This document shows, one piece after another, positions 18,081 to 28,089 of a DNA stretch of 64,000 nucleotides. The DNA is taken from the IMG/VR virus record IMGVR_UViG_3300032931_001151, positions 124,001 through 188,000 of that record, one strand, 5' to 3'. The notes under the pieces are model-generated. The model saw only the letters and a program-made list of their open reading frames with translations. It was not told the origin of the DNA and searched no databases. The translations under genes and the position numbers were made by a program. Position 1 is the first letter of the stretch. The number at the start of each line of letters is the position of its first letter.

Positions 18081-19889
18081 TCAACAAATCATATTAAATC
18101 TCATATGTCCACAATCATAAATTCTAAATAATCCATTATCTCTCGCAAGTTGTTCTTCGGTTTTCGTGGGATCCCCTTTAAATATCTCTATTAGTTTTTG
18201 TTTTGTATAAGCAAATCTATGCTTTCTTTCAAATGAAGTCCCCTCTCCAACATAATAGTATCCTGGACGAGTATTATAGTCATATGTAAATCCTAGTTTC
18301 TCGTATACTCCACCATTACCCCATCTCAAGTCACAAAATGTTATTAATCTACTATTTTTATGCCCTTCCTTAAATGCTTTAAGTAACTTATTAGCTCCAC
18401 CCATAACTATTGAATCTAATTTAGAACAAAATCTATTTAATTCCCAGTCGTACACATCAATAGATCCTCTCTTTACGATTGACGGTTTGCTAAAAGTCAT
18501 CACGGCAATTAGATCGTCTTTATTAAATAGACCATAAGCAATGTGGGATTTTCCTTGTCCTTGTATATGATTTTCTTCGCAAAACTTTAATGCTATGATA
18601 TTATCTATTTGTTCACAAGTAGTCTCTCTTGCTCCAATTTTATTTTTTGTTTTACCAAAAATATGTGATAATCTCGATTGACAAATATTCTTCTTGAGTC
18701 CCCATTCATCACTAAATATGGTAACTAATCTAATTCCTTTTTCTTTACATTTCTCAAACTTATCCTTATGATAATTAGGATCTACTTTATATTCCGTAGA
18801 ATGCCAATTCAAGCCACAAAATTCAATAGCCGTTTTTGTTTGCTCGTCGTAAATATCTAACTCTAATGGGCTTATAATACTCCTATTGTCATTAGAAATT
18901 TTTCGTCCTAATAGTCCCTCTAAATAATCTTGAACTTCGGTTTGTTGTTTTCTTTTAGTTCCTTTAAAACATTCTGGACATGATAGGTTGTATCTATTAG
19001 CATTTATTTTCTCCCAACTTTTAGAAAATTCATGTCCACAATTATTACATTTAAAGTCTATTGGGGTTGAAATGTTTGAATAAAATTTTGGATTTTTTGG
19101 AAATATATTGCTTGTTTTAAATACTTCAATTGCATGATCGTATAACTTCTTTCTATTAAAAATTTTAGCACATTGTAAGCATTTTACCCCTTTTATAAAA
19201 AGATTAAACGGCGGCTCTTCTTTCACATATCCACAAGTTTTACATTGAAACACTCCTTTATGTCTTGTACCATTATATTTGACAATATGCCAATTTGATG
19301 TTTTAAATTTTTCAACAAGTGTATCTGTTAATGCTTTATTTAGGGTAGTCGGAAGTAACTCTATAGGTTCTATAATAGGAGTCGAGTTATCTTTAATGTC
19401 TTCAATAAATATTTCTACTTTTTTCATCGGCATTAGACCAAAATTTTCTATTTTACACGATTCGCATACGTGTACTTTTCCTATATTATTCCTCTCCCAA
19501 TGAAACAAGGCTTTTATACTATCCTCTTTCCCACATTTTTTACAAATTATATTTAAAACGTCGTCCCATCTACTATAAAAATCTTTTTTCGGATAATATT
19601 CCAAATTATTAGAGTCGCAATATTTTTGTATTAACTCTTTTGGTATTTGTTTTTCGGCATTTCGCTTTTCAGTATTACAATGCGGACACCCTTTACTTAA
19701 ATCAATATTTTTACCTTCTATATTTGATATACTTTTAACGAATATATGTGATGGATTTTGAGAACATCTTAATTTTAAAAGCATATTCTTATTGAAGTTT
19801 TGAATATCTACTTTCTCTACAATTTCACAACCTTTGTTTATAATATACTTTTTAGTTAATTCTTCAAAACTTGGCTTTGGTCTTGGCAT
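18081..19889 (-). mobile_element. Hef-like free-standing endonuclease (zinc-ribbon repeats, PD-(D/E)xK domain, C-terminal 'NHIQG...YDCG' domain)
   Basis: Multiple CxxC ribbons; 'ELDIY...AIEFCGLNWHS', 'IFSDEW', 'WELNRFCS', 'RIYDCG'; downstream of gp23; start at 19889 inferred from SD. Confidence 0.75.
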
Positions 19890-19935
19890 TAATGTTTTCC
19901 TTTTTTGGTCTATAGATATATTATAAATCCAAAAT

Positions 19936-19967
19936 AAAAAAGGCAAGGGTTTTATCCCCTGCCTTTT
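19936..19967 (-). terminator. Intrinsic terminator after the major capsid gene
   Basis: AAAAGGCAAGGG/CCCCTGCCTTTT stem with U-tract on the minus strand. Confidence 0.75.
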
Positions 19968-19996
19968 CTAACTTACTACTATCTAACTATTTAGAA

Positions 19997-21352
19997 TCAG
20001 TAGAGACTACCGGCCAACGATGAAGCGGTTAAGCCACGAACGTCGATGTAACGATAGTATAATTCTGAACCAAAGAGGTTGTTAGCGATGGCATAACGTG
20101 TCATTACGCCGACTCTTGGTTGGAATTCTTCTTGACCGACTGCACGGCTGAACATGAGGGGGATGTATGGGCAGTAGATTAATCCTGCGTCATTGTCCTT
20201 TGGTCCCTTATATCCAACTACGGCATAATCGTTAACAGCGAACATATCACGGTAGACCGTGAAGCGTCCGATGGTTCCGACTTTAGCAACGCCCGAGGTT
20301 TCGGTTGCAAGGTTGGTGGCAACACTTGAAATTGCGAATTGTGCAAGAGATTCTAGAGCGGCGATAACGCCAGGTGAAGCGAGAATAAAGTTACCAGCGC
20401 CTCTACGGGTTGATTGAGCGATTTCGTTAGAAGCCTTCAAGCAAGTGGTGTAGAGGGTACGGAACTTCTCTTGTTCCCAACGACCATCAGCTGAACCAAC
20501 TTGGTTCGCTTGGTAGTTCCAAACGAGAACGCCGCCAACTTGACCGATGGCGATGAGGTTATTCTTAACTTCAGCGTCAATTTCGGCTGAAACTTCATAA
20601 GCAAGCAAGTCGGTCATCTCTTCTTCGATGTCGACTCCGTGCATATGAGCCAAGTCTTGTTGAGCTTCAAGTGACCAACGAGCTTTGAGCTTACGAGTCT
20701 TAGCTCTGATCTCTTGTTGTTCAACTGAGAGACTCATCTCTCTCATTTGCATTGCACCATTGTATAGTGCGGCATTGGTGTCAACTCCACCTGGGAAGTT
20801 ACCAGTCGCAAGACGTTGCTCAGTGTTGAGTAATTCGCCTTGTTCTGTTGAGTAGCCCCACTTGTTTTGTTGTGCGTTATCTCCACCAACGATATTGGAG
20901 GTTGCTCCAAAGTCGGATGATGTAGGAACGGTTGGGCCAGCGCCAGCGTTTGCTGAGGCGGGATTTGAACCAGAGTACAACGAGTAAACGGTGTTATATC
21001 CAGCTTCGGCTCCGGCAGTTGCGCCGCCGCCGGTTGAGGCGTAGCGATAGCGTAGAGCATAAGCTAGACCAACTGGGGTACTCATGGGCTGAACGCCAAC
21101 GAGGTCATTGGATACTAATTCTGGGAATACACGAGCAACGAGAGGCATAACGATGGGCTTGAATTGAGCCACGCCTTGACTATTGAAGCCAGGTCCGTTA
21201 TTTCCAGCGGTTGAGGATGTACCCGCAGCTTCTGCGAAGTATTTGGTTTGAGCTTCAAGAAGTTTGCTGGTGATTACACGCTTACGCTCGCTCTTGATGT
21301 GCTTGGTCATTGGTGCCCATTTTTCCATGAGCTTTTCGGTTGCTTTCGACAT
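19997..21352 (-). CDS. gp23: Major capsid protein gp23
   Basis: 'LVGVQPMSTPVGL', 'AKTRKLKARWSLEAQQDL', 'YCPYIPL', 'FQPRVGVMTRY'; probable maturation site FAE41|A. Confidence 0.97.
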   Translation of the reverse strand: MSKATEKLMEKWAPMTKHIKSERKRVITSKLLEAQTKYFAEAAGTSSTAGNNGPGFNSQGVAQFKPIVMPLVARVFPELVSNDLVGVQPMSTPVGLAYALRYRYASTGGGATAGAEAGYNTVYSLYSGSNPASANAGAGPTVPTSSDFGATSNIVGGDNAQQNKWGYSTEQGELLNTEQRLATGNFPGGVDTNAALYNGAMQMREMSLSVEQQEIRAKTRKLKARWSLEAQQDLAHMHGVDIEEEMTDLLAYEVSAEIDAEVKNNLIAIGQVGGVLVWNYQANQVGSADGRWEQEKFRTLYTTCLKASNEIAQSTRRGAGNFILASPGVIAALESLAQFAISSVATNLATETSGVAKVGTIGRFTVYRDMFAVNDYAVVGYKGPKDNDAGLIYCPYIPLMFSRAVGQEEFQPRVGVMTRYAIANNLFGSELYYRYIDVRGLTASSLAGSLY

Positions 21353-21394
21353 TTGAAATATCTCCTTTAGAGAGGTTGTTTGTTGTTTATAACT

Positions 21395-22537
21395 TTAGTT
21401 GTCCTTGGACATTCTAATTTGACGATTTAGTGTTCCTGCCCATTCTGCCATTTCTGGATTTTGGGATATTACACCTTCGGAAAGGATCTCAGCTTTAAGT
21501 TTTTCAACTTTCTTTTGAGCGGCCTCGCCTAACACGACCGGTTTTTTCTCAACGGGTTTAGATTCACTTGAGGTTATTGGGCGACTTGGTGCGCTTTCAG
21601 TAAGGATAATATCCTTAATTGCAGCGAACTTGTCTTCCATTTCTTCAGCCTTGTAAGACTCAAGAACCTTTTGTGTTTTTCTTCTTTGGGCAACGGTCAT
21701 GCCCTCAGTTAATTCAAAGAGTTTGGCTTTCTTTTTCAACTCTTGAACTTCCGATGTTAGATGAACAATGTCCTTTGTTTTAGCATTTACGCTTTCGGAC
21801 AACTTTTCATTTGCTACCTGTGCTTCCTTGACAAGTTTATATGAAGCATCATCTAGTTTGATATAATTCTTACCAAATGTTGCTACTATACCCTCAACAA
21901 GTGGCTCATAAGCAGCCAATTTTGTTGCAGACTCCATAATACTTTCAGGAATTGATTTCTTAAGTTCCGATTCCAAGAATGCGGATACTTTTTCAACCAT
22001 TTCTTCCTTAAATGCACCAACCTCTTCTTGCAAGGTCTGCTCTTGCTTACTTGAATGGTTTCCGGCTTCCTCAAGGACTACGGATTCCAAAACTTGTTTG
22101 TAATTTCCAGCTTCTTCCATTACAATAGATTCAAGACTTGATTTGTAAGAAGCGGCTTCTTCCGCAACTATCTTCTCAAGTGATTCTCTATATGTTGAAG
22201 CTTCTGTACGAATAGTATTTTCCACTTCTTCACGATATCCATTTACTTCCTCAAGCATAATGGCTTCTTTAGCTACCATTGCTTCTGCTAACTCTTTAGC
22301 AAAATTTTGTGCTTCGGATTTTAGAATTGCTTCTTTTTCTTCAAATTGATTCTTTAAATCTTGAGCAGCTTCAAGAAGAGTTGCTTCATTTTTAGCACTC
22401 TCCTCTACTATAGCCTTTGCTCTTGCTTCAACCAATTGGTTGATTAAAGATTCAGTATGTGTTCGAACTTCATCCGATTGAAGTTTCTCGGTAATTCCGA
22501 GATTCTCGAATAGTTTTTCTATAACTGTTTTTTCCAT
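21395..22537 (-). CDS. gp22: Prohead core (scaffold) protein gp22
   Basis: Glu-rich coiled coil between gp21 and gp23; 'LTEGMTVAQRRK'. Confidence 0.8.
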   Translation of the reverse strand: MEKTVIEKLFENLGITEKLQSDEVRTHTESLINQLVEARAKAIVEESAKNEATLLEAAQDLKNQFEEKEAILKSEAQNFAKELAEAMVAKEAIMLEEVNGYREEVENTIRTEASTYRESLEKIVAEEAASYKSSLESIVMEEAGNYKQVLESVVLEEAGNHSSKQEQTLQEEVGAFKEEMVEKVSAFLESELKKSIPESIMESATKLAAYEPLVEGIVATFGKNYIKLDDASYKLVKEAQVANEKLSESVNAKTKDIVHLTSEVQELKKKAKLFELTEGMTVAQRRKTQKVLESYKAEEMEDKFAAIKDIILTESAPSRPITSSESKPVEKKPVVLGEAAQKKVEKLKAEILSEGVISQNPEMAEWAGTLNRQIRMSKDN

Positions 22538-22558
22538 ACTAGAGTCTCCTAATAATTA

Positions 22559-22566
22559 TATTTATA
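22559..22566 (-). promoter_or_regulatory. Late promoter (gp22/gp23)
   Basis: TATAAATA; a TATAAACA variant lies at 21384-21391 before gp23. Confidence 0.7.
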
Positions 22567-23269
22567 ATGATTTATTAAAATCTTTAAAGAATTTTGTAAG
22601 TGCCTCGGTTAAATACGCATTAACTTCTTTTTTTGGCAAATAAGATAGGGTTTTATCAAGGTTTTCATATGCTCTCGCTTGAACTTCTTGATATTTTCCA
22701 GAATCAATTATATAATTTCTGCTCTCGCAAATGCCTCTTACCCAACCTTGTGGGGCAGAAGGATCTGCGACTATATCAATAGCAACCAAGTCAAATTCAA
22801 CTACCTTATCGCCGGGTCCATTATATGATTCATCTAATGCACCCATACCACGAGTTGATACTCCTAATTTGCAATTAGAATTTAATATAGTATTTGCTAT
22901 TCTTCCATTTGCGGTATCAAGTAATTGACACTTTCCTAATACATCATTGCCTTCCCATCTCATCTCGGCTACATAATGTGAGACTCTATCTAGATTAATT
23001 TCAACGCCTTCGGGATGTCCTAGTTCACCGTATGATCTATATGCTCCTGGAATAACTCTATCTTTTATATACTTTTCTACTACTGGAACCATAACGGATT
23101 TTGGATAATTTCTACCATTTCTATTTTCTATTTCGGTTTGAATTAGTCTTGCTTCAAATTTAGCAAGCCCCATTTTACCGCCGGCAGTTTCTTCCGTAAA
23201 TACCTTTATGATACCACCATCGGATGATTCATCATAACGATTTTCAACGATGAGTTTGTGATATCTCAT
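22562..23269 (-). CDS. gp21: Prohead protease gp21
   Basis: 'NRNGRNYP', 'GELGHP', 'INLDRVSH', 'GVSTRGMG', 'DIVADPSAP'. Confidence 0.95.
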   Translation of the reverse strand: MRYHKLIVENRYDESSDGGIIKVFTEETAGGKMGLAKFEARLIQTEIENRNGRNYPKSVMVPVVEKYIKDRVIPGAYRSYGELGHPEGVEINLDRVSHYVAEMRWEGNDVLGKCQLLDTANGRIANTILNSNCKLGVSTRGMGALDESYNGPGDKVVEFDLVAIDIVADPSAPQGWVRGICESRNYIIDSGKYQEVQARAYENLDKTLSYLPKKEVNAYLTEALTKFFKDFNKSL

Positions 23270-24324
23270 TACTTAGTCTCTCTTACTTTTTTAGCGATAT
23301 CTTCCGCTAAAGATTTTTGATATTGTACTTTTCTATCGCTAATCATTGAATTGACACAAGAATTGGCCATTTCTTTGATGGTTTCTTTCGCTTCAACATA
23401 TCTATCTTTGGCAATATGCTCAAGGAAAGTTTCAATAGTTGCTCCAAGTTTTTGTCTTTCAGTCATTTTTTTCTTTGCCTCTTGTAAAAATATATCGTTT
23501 ACTTTTCTATCAAAATTAGTTTTAACTTCTAGCCAAAATTTTCTTGAACTACGAACGTGTTGTCCCTTCTCTTGTTCTTCAACGCACTCTTTCCATATTT
23601 TTTCTAATGAATTTACTCCAATATCGCTATTTCTTGAGGTTTTTGAAAGATATAAATTAATAGATTCGTCAAACTTCTTCCAATCTGTGGTTTTTCTATC
23701 ATATTTCTTTTTATCTTTTTCAACTTTTTTAGCGGGAGGCATATGTTTATTTCCTTTGCGGTCTTTTCCCGCACCGGCGGCTTTTACTTGCTTTAGTTCT
23801 TCTTTTTTACTTTTCTTTTCCATTATTGCAACATCTGCGGGTGATTTTTCTACCCCAGTTAAAATTCCATCATCTTTTGGATCTGATGCTCCGGGTAAAT
23901 TTCCTTGTGGTGGAATTTTACTAGTCATAGGAGGTTCATCTAATTTAGTGGAGTTTTCTTCTACTGGAGGAACTACATTAACTCCCGGAACGGTTTCAGG
24001 TAATCCTTGAGGGGTTCCGTGTGAAACTCCACTTGGAGGTAATGGCGATGCCACGATTAGTGAAACGGCGGATGGCTCACCCATTGGGAGTTGTGAAGTT
24101 GGACCATCTAATGGAGTGGGGGTTTCCGGAGCATTTGGATCCGCAACAACTCCATGTATATTTGCCATTTCTTCATCTATAACTTTATCAAGATTGAATT
24201 CCTCTTCTTCCTTTTTGAAAGTCTCGGGATTTCTATCTTGCTTGTTGGCAGTGGCGTAATATATTTGCTTACCTTTTTCTTTACCATATTGGTCTTGAAA
24301 TTTCTTTATAATTTCTTCGGGCAT
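23269..24324 (-). CDS. Prohead core protein with C-terminal gp67-like domain and long disordered N-terminal region
   Basis: Between gp20 and gp21; C-terminal 'FLEHIAKDRYVEAKETIKEMANSCVNSMISDRK' resembles T4 gp67. Confidence 0.5.
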   Translation of the reverse strand: MPEEIIKKFQDQYGKEKGKQIYYATANKQDRNPETFKKEEEEFNLDKVIDEEMANIHGVVADPNAPETPTPLDGPTSQLPMGEPSAVSLIVASPLPPSGVSHGTPQGLPETVPGVNVVPPVEENSTKLDEPPMTSKIPPQGNLPGASDPKDDGILTGVEKSPADVAIMEKKSKKEELKQVKAAGAGKDRKGNKHMPPAKKVEKDKKKYDRKTTDWKKFDESINLYLSKTSRNSDIGVNSLEKIWKECVEEQEKGQHVRSSRKFWLEVKTNFDRKVNDIFLQEAKKKMTERQKLGATIETFLEHIAKDRYVEAKETIKEMANSCVNSMISDRKVQYQKSLAEDIAKKVRETK

Positions 24325-24353
24325 ATATAAAACTCCTTGTGACTATTTAATAT

Positions 24354-24361
24354 TATTTATA
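24354..24361 (-). promoter_or_regulatory. Late promoter
   Basis: TATAAATA upstream of 24324. Confidence 0.7.
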
Positions 24362-24374
24362 TAGATGATATGAA

Positions 24375-25985
24375 TTATGCGGGAGGTTCTGCTTCACTAC
24401 TACCACCTTCTTCTGCTAATGCCGCTTCTTCAGCTATTAATAATTCTTGGTTCTTGTCCCAATCATCATCTGAAACTTCAAGGAACTTCTTAGCAACCCA
24501 TTCACGAGAAAGCATAGGCTTCTCAGTATTAATAAGACTACTATATGTATCGAATCTTTGGTGATTGATTTCATCAATTTTTGCTTGGAAGAACTTATCA
24601 AATAGATTATTACTATGCATATGAACCGCTATATCTTCTTGAGTTATACCAAATTCTTTTGTTATTCCTCTAAGTTCTAAATGATATATAAAGGCTTGTT
24701 TAAATAAATTAGCAAATCTCTTTGAATATTGTTTTACTTGTTTGGAGAAACTTACTTCCTCTCTTGTAATATCCGAAGTATCGCCAATACTAAATCCCGT
24801 ATCGGATTGGTATCTCTTGAGCGGTATAGATAAGCCTCTAAACATTTTATCTCTAAAGTATATTACATCATCCATTTGTCCAAGATTTTCGCCGCCGGCT
24901 AATGTATCTATTTTTGATTGTCTACCACCATTAAATACCGGGAACCAATAATCTTCCGTCATAGCCATAACATCTAATCCGTCAGTAGCCTCTCCGGTTC
25001 TTGGATCAAATAACTTTCTTTGACGATATTTAATAATTAAGTCTTTAATATATTGTTCGGCTTTCCCTTTTGGTAGATTTCCGACATCAATATTAAATAC
25101 TCTTCTTTCTGGAGCACGAACTAGTCTATATATGACCAAAGAGTCTTCAAGTTGCTTAAGGCGCTTATAAGTAGTTTTAGCGGGTTCTAAGAAACTTAAG
25201 ACTACTTTGTCGTCTTCCGTTTGATTGTATTCAAATAATCCAGAATTAGCATAAGCAACCATTCCACTATCTAATGCAAGAATATTCGATTCCGTTTTGT
25301 ACGCAAAGGATGATATCTTATCTATTTCCAAGTCATCCCAAAGAGGATGCAATTTAGTAGTTCTCAACTTCTTCATCTTTTTGATACCATCTTGCGGATT
25401 TTCGTTGTCTATAACATTTTCAAATCCTATTTCTCCATCAACTATAAATTCTCTAAACCATTGAATAACATGCTCATCGGCTTGAATGATATCATATATT
25501 AGTCTATTCCATTCGGAAGTAATAGTTTTTCTAATATTGGCGTTGCTTTTTAAAGCGTCGGACTTGATTATCAAATCCATGAATTTACCTTCATCATCAC
25601 AATTTACGGCTTCTAGAACATATTGATCTACGGCGAATTGTATTTCCGGATATTTAGCCATTTCACGATAGAGTGCTAATCGTTGTTCTTTACTAGCTTC
25701 CACCGAATAAACATAGTTGTTATATACATCTATCATTCCACCAAATGCGCCAGCGGCACTAAATCCTTCAAGATCGGTTACGGCCATTTGTTCTGCGGTT
25801 GGATCCGGCGAACGACTTCTCTTTAAGTGAGCAAATACGTTAAATCTATTTTTATAAACTGCTTCTTTTTGTGCTGGGGATAATTCAAGATTTGCTCTAT
25901 TTTTAGTAGATTGCATACCTTTTCTTCTTCCTCCAAAGAAGAACGAGCCGCCAAATCCGTATCCAAAGAAATTTCGTAAACCCAT
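24375..25985 (-). CDS. gp20: Portal protein gp20
   Basis: 'LEDSLVIYRLVRAPERRVFNIDVGNLPKGKAEQY', 'EDYWFP', 'ITREEVSF'. Confidence 0.97.
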   Translation of the reverse strand: MGLRNFFGYGFGGSFFFGGRRKGMQSTKNRANLELSPAQKEAVYKNRFNVFAHLKRSRSPDPTAEQMAVTDLEGFSAAGAFGGMIDVYNNYVYSVEASKEQRLALYREMAKYPEIQFAVDQYVLEAVNCDDEGKFMDLIIKSDALKSNANIRKTITSEWNRLIYDIIQADEHVIQWFREFIVDGEIGFENVIDNENPQDGIKKMKKLRTTKLHPLWDDLEIDKISSFAYKTESNILALDSGMVAYANSGLFEYNQTEDDKVVLSFLEPAKTTYKRLKQLEDSLVIYRLVRAPERRVFNIDVGNLPKGKAEQYIKDLIIKYRQRKLFDPRTGEATDGLDVMAMTEDYWFPVFNGGRQSKIDTLAGGENLGQMDDVIYFRDKMFRGLSIPLKRYQSDTGFSIGDTSDITREEVSFSKQVKQYSKRFANLFKQAFIYHLELRGITKEFGITQEDIAVHMHSNNLFDKFFQAKIDEINHQRFDTYSSLINTEKPMLSREWVAKKFLEVSDDDWDKNQELLIAEEAALAEEGGSSEAEPPA

Positions 25986-25987
25986 AT

Positions 25988-26596
25988 TTAAACCCTCTCA
26001 TCCGGTAGTTGTTTTTGTAAACTTACATGTTTTGGCGCAACATTAATTATAACATTAGCAGCATCAATATTTAAAGAAATGTTACCATTCGACACTTTAA
26101 GAAAATTATCCATTATAATTTTCATATTCTTAGGAGTATAACCCCTCCAATATTCTCTTAATAAATTAACATTTTTCATTTCATTATTTATTAATTTACG
26201 ACCTTTAACCATACTATACATGTCTAAATTCTCGTAAGTAAAAGCATTAGGACTATTATATGCTATATTTCTTTTAACTTTAGACATTTGATTAGTTTGT
26301 GGGTCTATTTTTTGGTCCCAATATACCTTTTCAAATCTTCTAAGAAACGATACCCCTATAGATGGTTGTTTATCCATGTAGAACATTCTAAGGTTTGGGC
26401 CATATATAAGATTATTAGTAGCATCATATCCAGCAAATACTATTAATGGATTAATAATCTCATCATCTCTATTTGCCCCAGTGTATCCAAAATATAATAT
26501 ATCACCCCTCTCCAAGCCTTCAGCCGAGAAGTTCCCAAATGCCATCTTTTTTATATACGGCTGTAATTTAGCATTTTTCGGTCTATCCCCAAACAT
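25988..26596 (-). CDS. DNA end protector gp2-like
   Basis: 'PLIVF...IYGPNLRMF' resembles gp2; adjacent to gp4; start at 26596 inferred from SD GGAGG and late promoter. Confidence 0.5.
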   Translation of the reverse strand: MFGDRPKNAKLQPYIKKMAFGNFSAEGLERGDILYFGYTGANRDDEIINPLIVFAGYDATNNLIYGPNLRMFYMDKQPSIGVSFLRRFEKVYWDQKIDPQTNQMSKVKRNIAYNSPNAFTYENLDMYSMVKGRKLINNEMKNVNLLREYWRGYTPKNMKIIMDNFLKVSNGNISLNIDAANVIINVAPKHVSLQKQLPDERV

Positions 26597-26613
26597 AGAA
26601 TCCTCCAAATATC

Positions 26614-26621
26614 TATTTATA
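26614..26621 (-). promoter_or_regulatory. Late promoter (gp2/portal)
   Basis: TATAAATA upstream of 26596. Confidence 0.7.
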
Positions 26622-26644
26622 ATAAATAACATTTAGGAGAAATT

Positions 26645-27133
26645 ATGAAAAAACCACACACCCATTTAAATGATAGAAAAGAAGGCTTTAAGCAAGATTA
26701 TTTCATTCCAAAAAATAAAGAAAAATACATAGGAACTTGGCCAATTACTTATCTTAGTTCGTGGGAACATAAATTCATGCGCTTTCTAGATATTAATGAA
26801 AATATACTTCAATGGGGAAGTGAAAGTATACAAATTAGATATATGTACTTTGACCCTATTAAAAAGACTCAAAGCGAGCACACCTACTTTCCAGACTTTA
26901 TTATAAGAATAAAGAAGTCCGAAACCGTCACGAGAACTCAAGTAATAGAAATAAAACCATTTAGAGAGACTAAAGCTCCTAAATTAGCCAAGAATAGAAA
27001 TACCAAGACAATGTTATACGAAGTGAAAACATATGCCAAGAATCAAGCAAAATGGGCCGCCGCTAAAGAATATTGTAGAGTTAGGGGTTGGGACTTTGTA
27101 GTGATAACGGAAAAGGATTTACCGAATTGTTAG
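26645..27133 (+). CDS. gp4: Head completion protein gp4 (TnsA-like nuclease fold)
   Basis: 'KYIG...YLSSWEHKFM', 'WGSE', 'YFPDF', 'IEIKP', 'NQAKWAAA', 'VITE'. Confidence 0.9.
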   Translation: MKKPHTHLNDRKEGFKQDYFIPKNKEKYIGTWPITYLSSWEHKFMRFLDINENILQWGSESIQIRYMYFDPIKKTQSEHTYFPDFIIRIKKSETVTRTQVIEIKPFRETKAPKLAKNRNTKTMLYEVKTYAKNQAKWAAAKEYCRVRGWDFVVITEKDLPNC

Positions 27134-27995
27134 GATTTAATTTTTTGAGTATCTTTTCAATCTTTCCAATCTTATAAAACATATCTCTCATTTTATGTTT
27201 AACTATATAATCATAAAATCCTTTTGACGAGGCTGGATGAGCGTCATCAACAACTTTTTCTAATATATCAATAAGTTGGGCCGGGGTTTTAGTTAAATCT
27301 ATTAATTTTTTATTTCTATTATAATTTTTAACTAACTCGGTTGGTCCACCTTCTGGAGTTGTTTCTTTTAGTAATTCGTCTAATTTCCCAGACTCTATTA
27401 ATTCGGCGCTTCGTACTTTACCCAAACCTACACGAATCGAAGGTATATTATCCGAATTCTTATCACCCATTACAATCTTTCTCTCAAGATGAAATATAGG
27501 ATTGTCGAACTCAATGTATGTTTTCTTTAATGGGCAATATATTTTTGTATTTGGATATCTCAACAATTGAACGAAATCCGAGTCAGATGAAATAATTAAC
27601 TTTTCATCATTGATATTCTTTCTAACTAAATATGAAATAATATCATCTGCCTCAAGCCAATCTACTTGAAGGACATAAAAAGGAAAACTAGATTTAAATC
27701 CCATTTTAACTTCTTCAACTATTTCTTGGAATTGGTTCCAATCAATATCAGTTTTTTCTTTTGCGGCGGCTCTATGTGCCTTGTAAGGCTCATAGAACTT
27801 CTTACGCCAATTTCTTGGAGCATCACAACAAATAAAAACTTTATTAGGTTCAAATTTTTCAACATTATATAAAACGCTTGTTATAATTGCGTGACGTAAA
27901 ATACCGTAACCATTAGACTTTAGATCCGGTCCTAATTGGTGAACATTTCTATAACAAATATTAGATAAGTCTATATATAGATGTTTTTCTGGCAT
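27081..27995 (-). CDS. rnh: T4-type RNase H / 5'-3' exonuclease
   Basis: 'WRKKFYEPYKAHR', 'LEADDII', 'SSDSDFVQL', 'GDKNSDNIP'. Confidence 0.9.
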   Translation of the reverse strand: MPEKHLYIDLSNICYRNVHQLGPDLKSNGYGILRHAIITSVLYNVEKFEPNKVFICCDAPRNWRKKFYEPYKAHRAAAKEKTDIDWNQFQEIVEEVKMGFKSSFPFYVLQVDWLEADDIISYLVRKNINDEKLIISSDSDFVQLLRYPNTKIYCPLKKTYIEFDNPIFHLERKIVMGDKNSDNIPSIRVGLGKVRSAELIESGKLDELLKETTPEGGPTELVKNYNRNKKLIDLTKTPAQLIDILEKVVDDAHPASSKGFYDYIVKHKMRDMFYKIGKIEKILKKLNPNNSVNPFPLSLQSPNP

Positions 27996-28033
27996 TGGAA
28001 TTCCTTTTCAATAGGATATATCCAAAAACAAAA

Positions 28034-28066
28034 AAATAAAGGGAGCCAATTAGGCTCCCTTTATTT
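28034..28066 (-). terminator. Intrinsic terminator
   Basis: AAATAAAGGGAGCC/GGCTCCCTTTATTT stem. Confidence 0.8.
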
Positions 28067-28089
28067 AGAACAACTAACTTATCTTTAGA

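Noticed and set aside
23351-24010. 219-aa plus-strand ORF and other short opposite-strand or alternate-frame ORFs in the track
   Set aside because: They fully overlap better-supported genes and look like reverse-complement translations of Lys/Glu-rich sequence.
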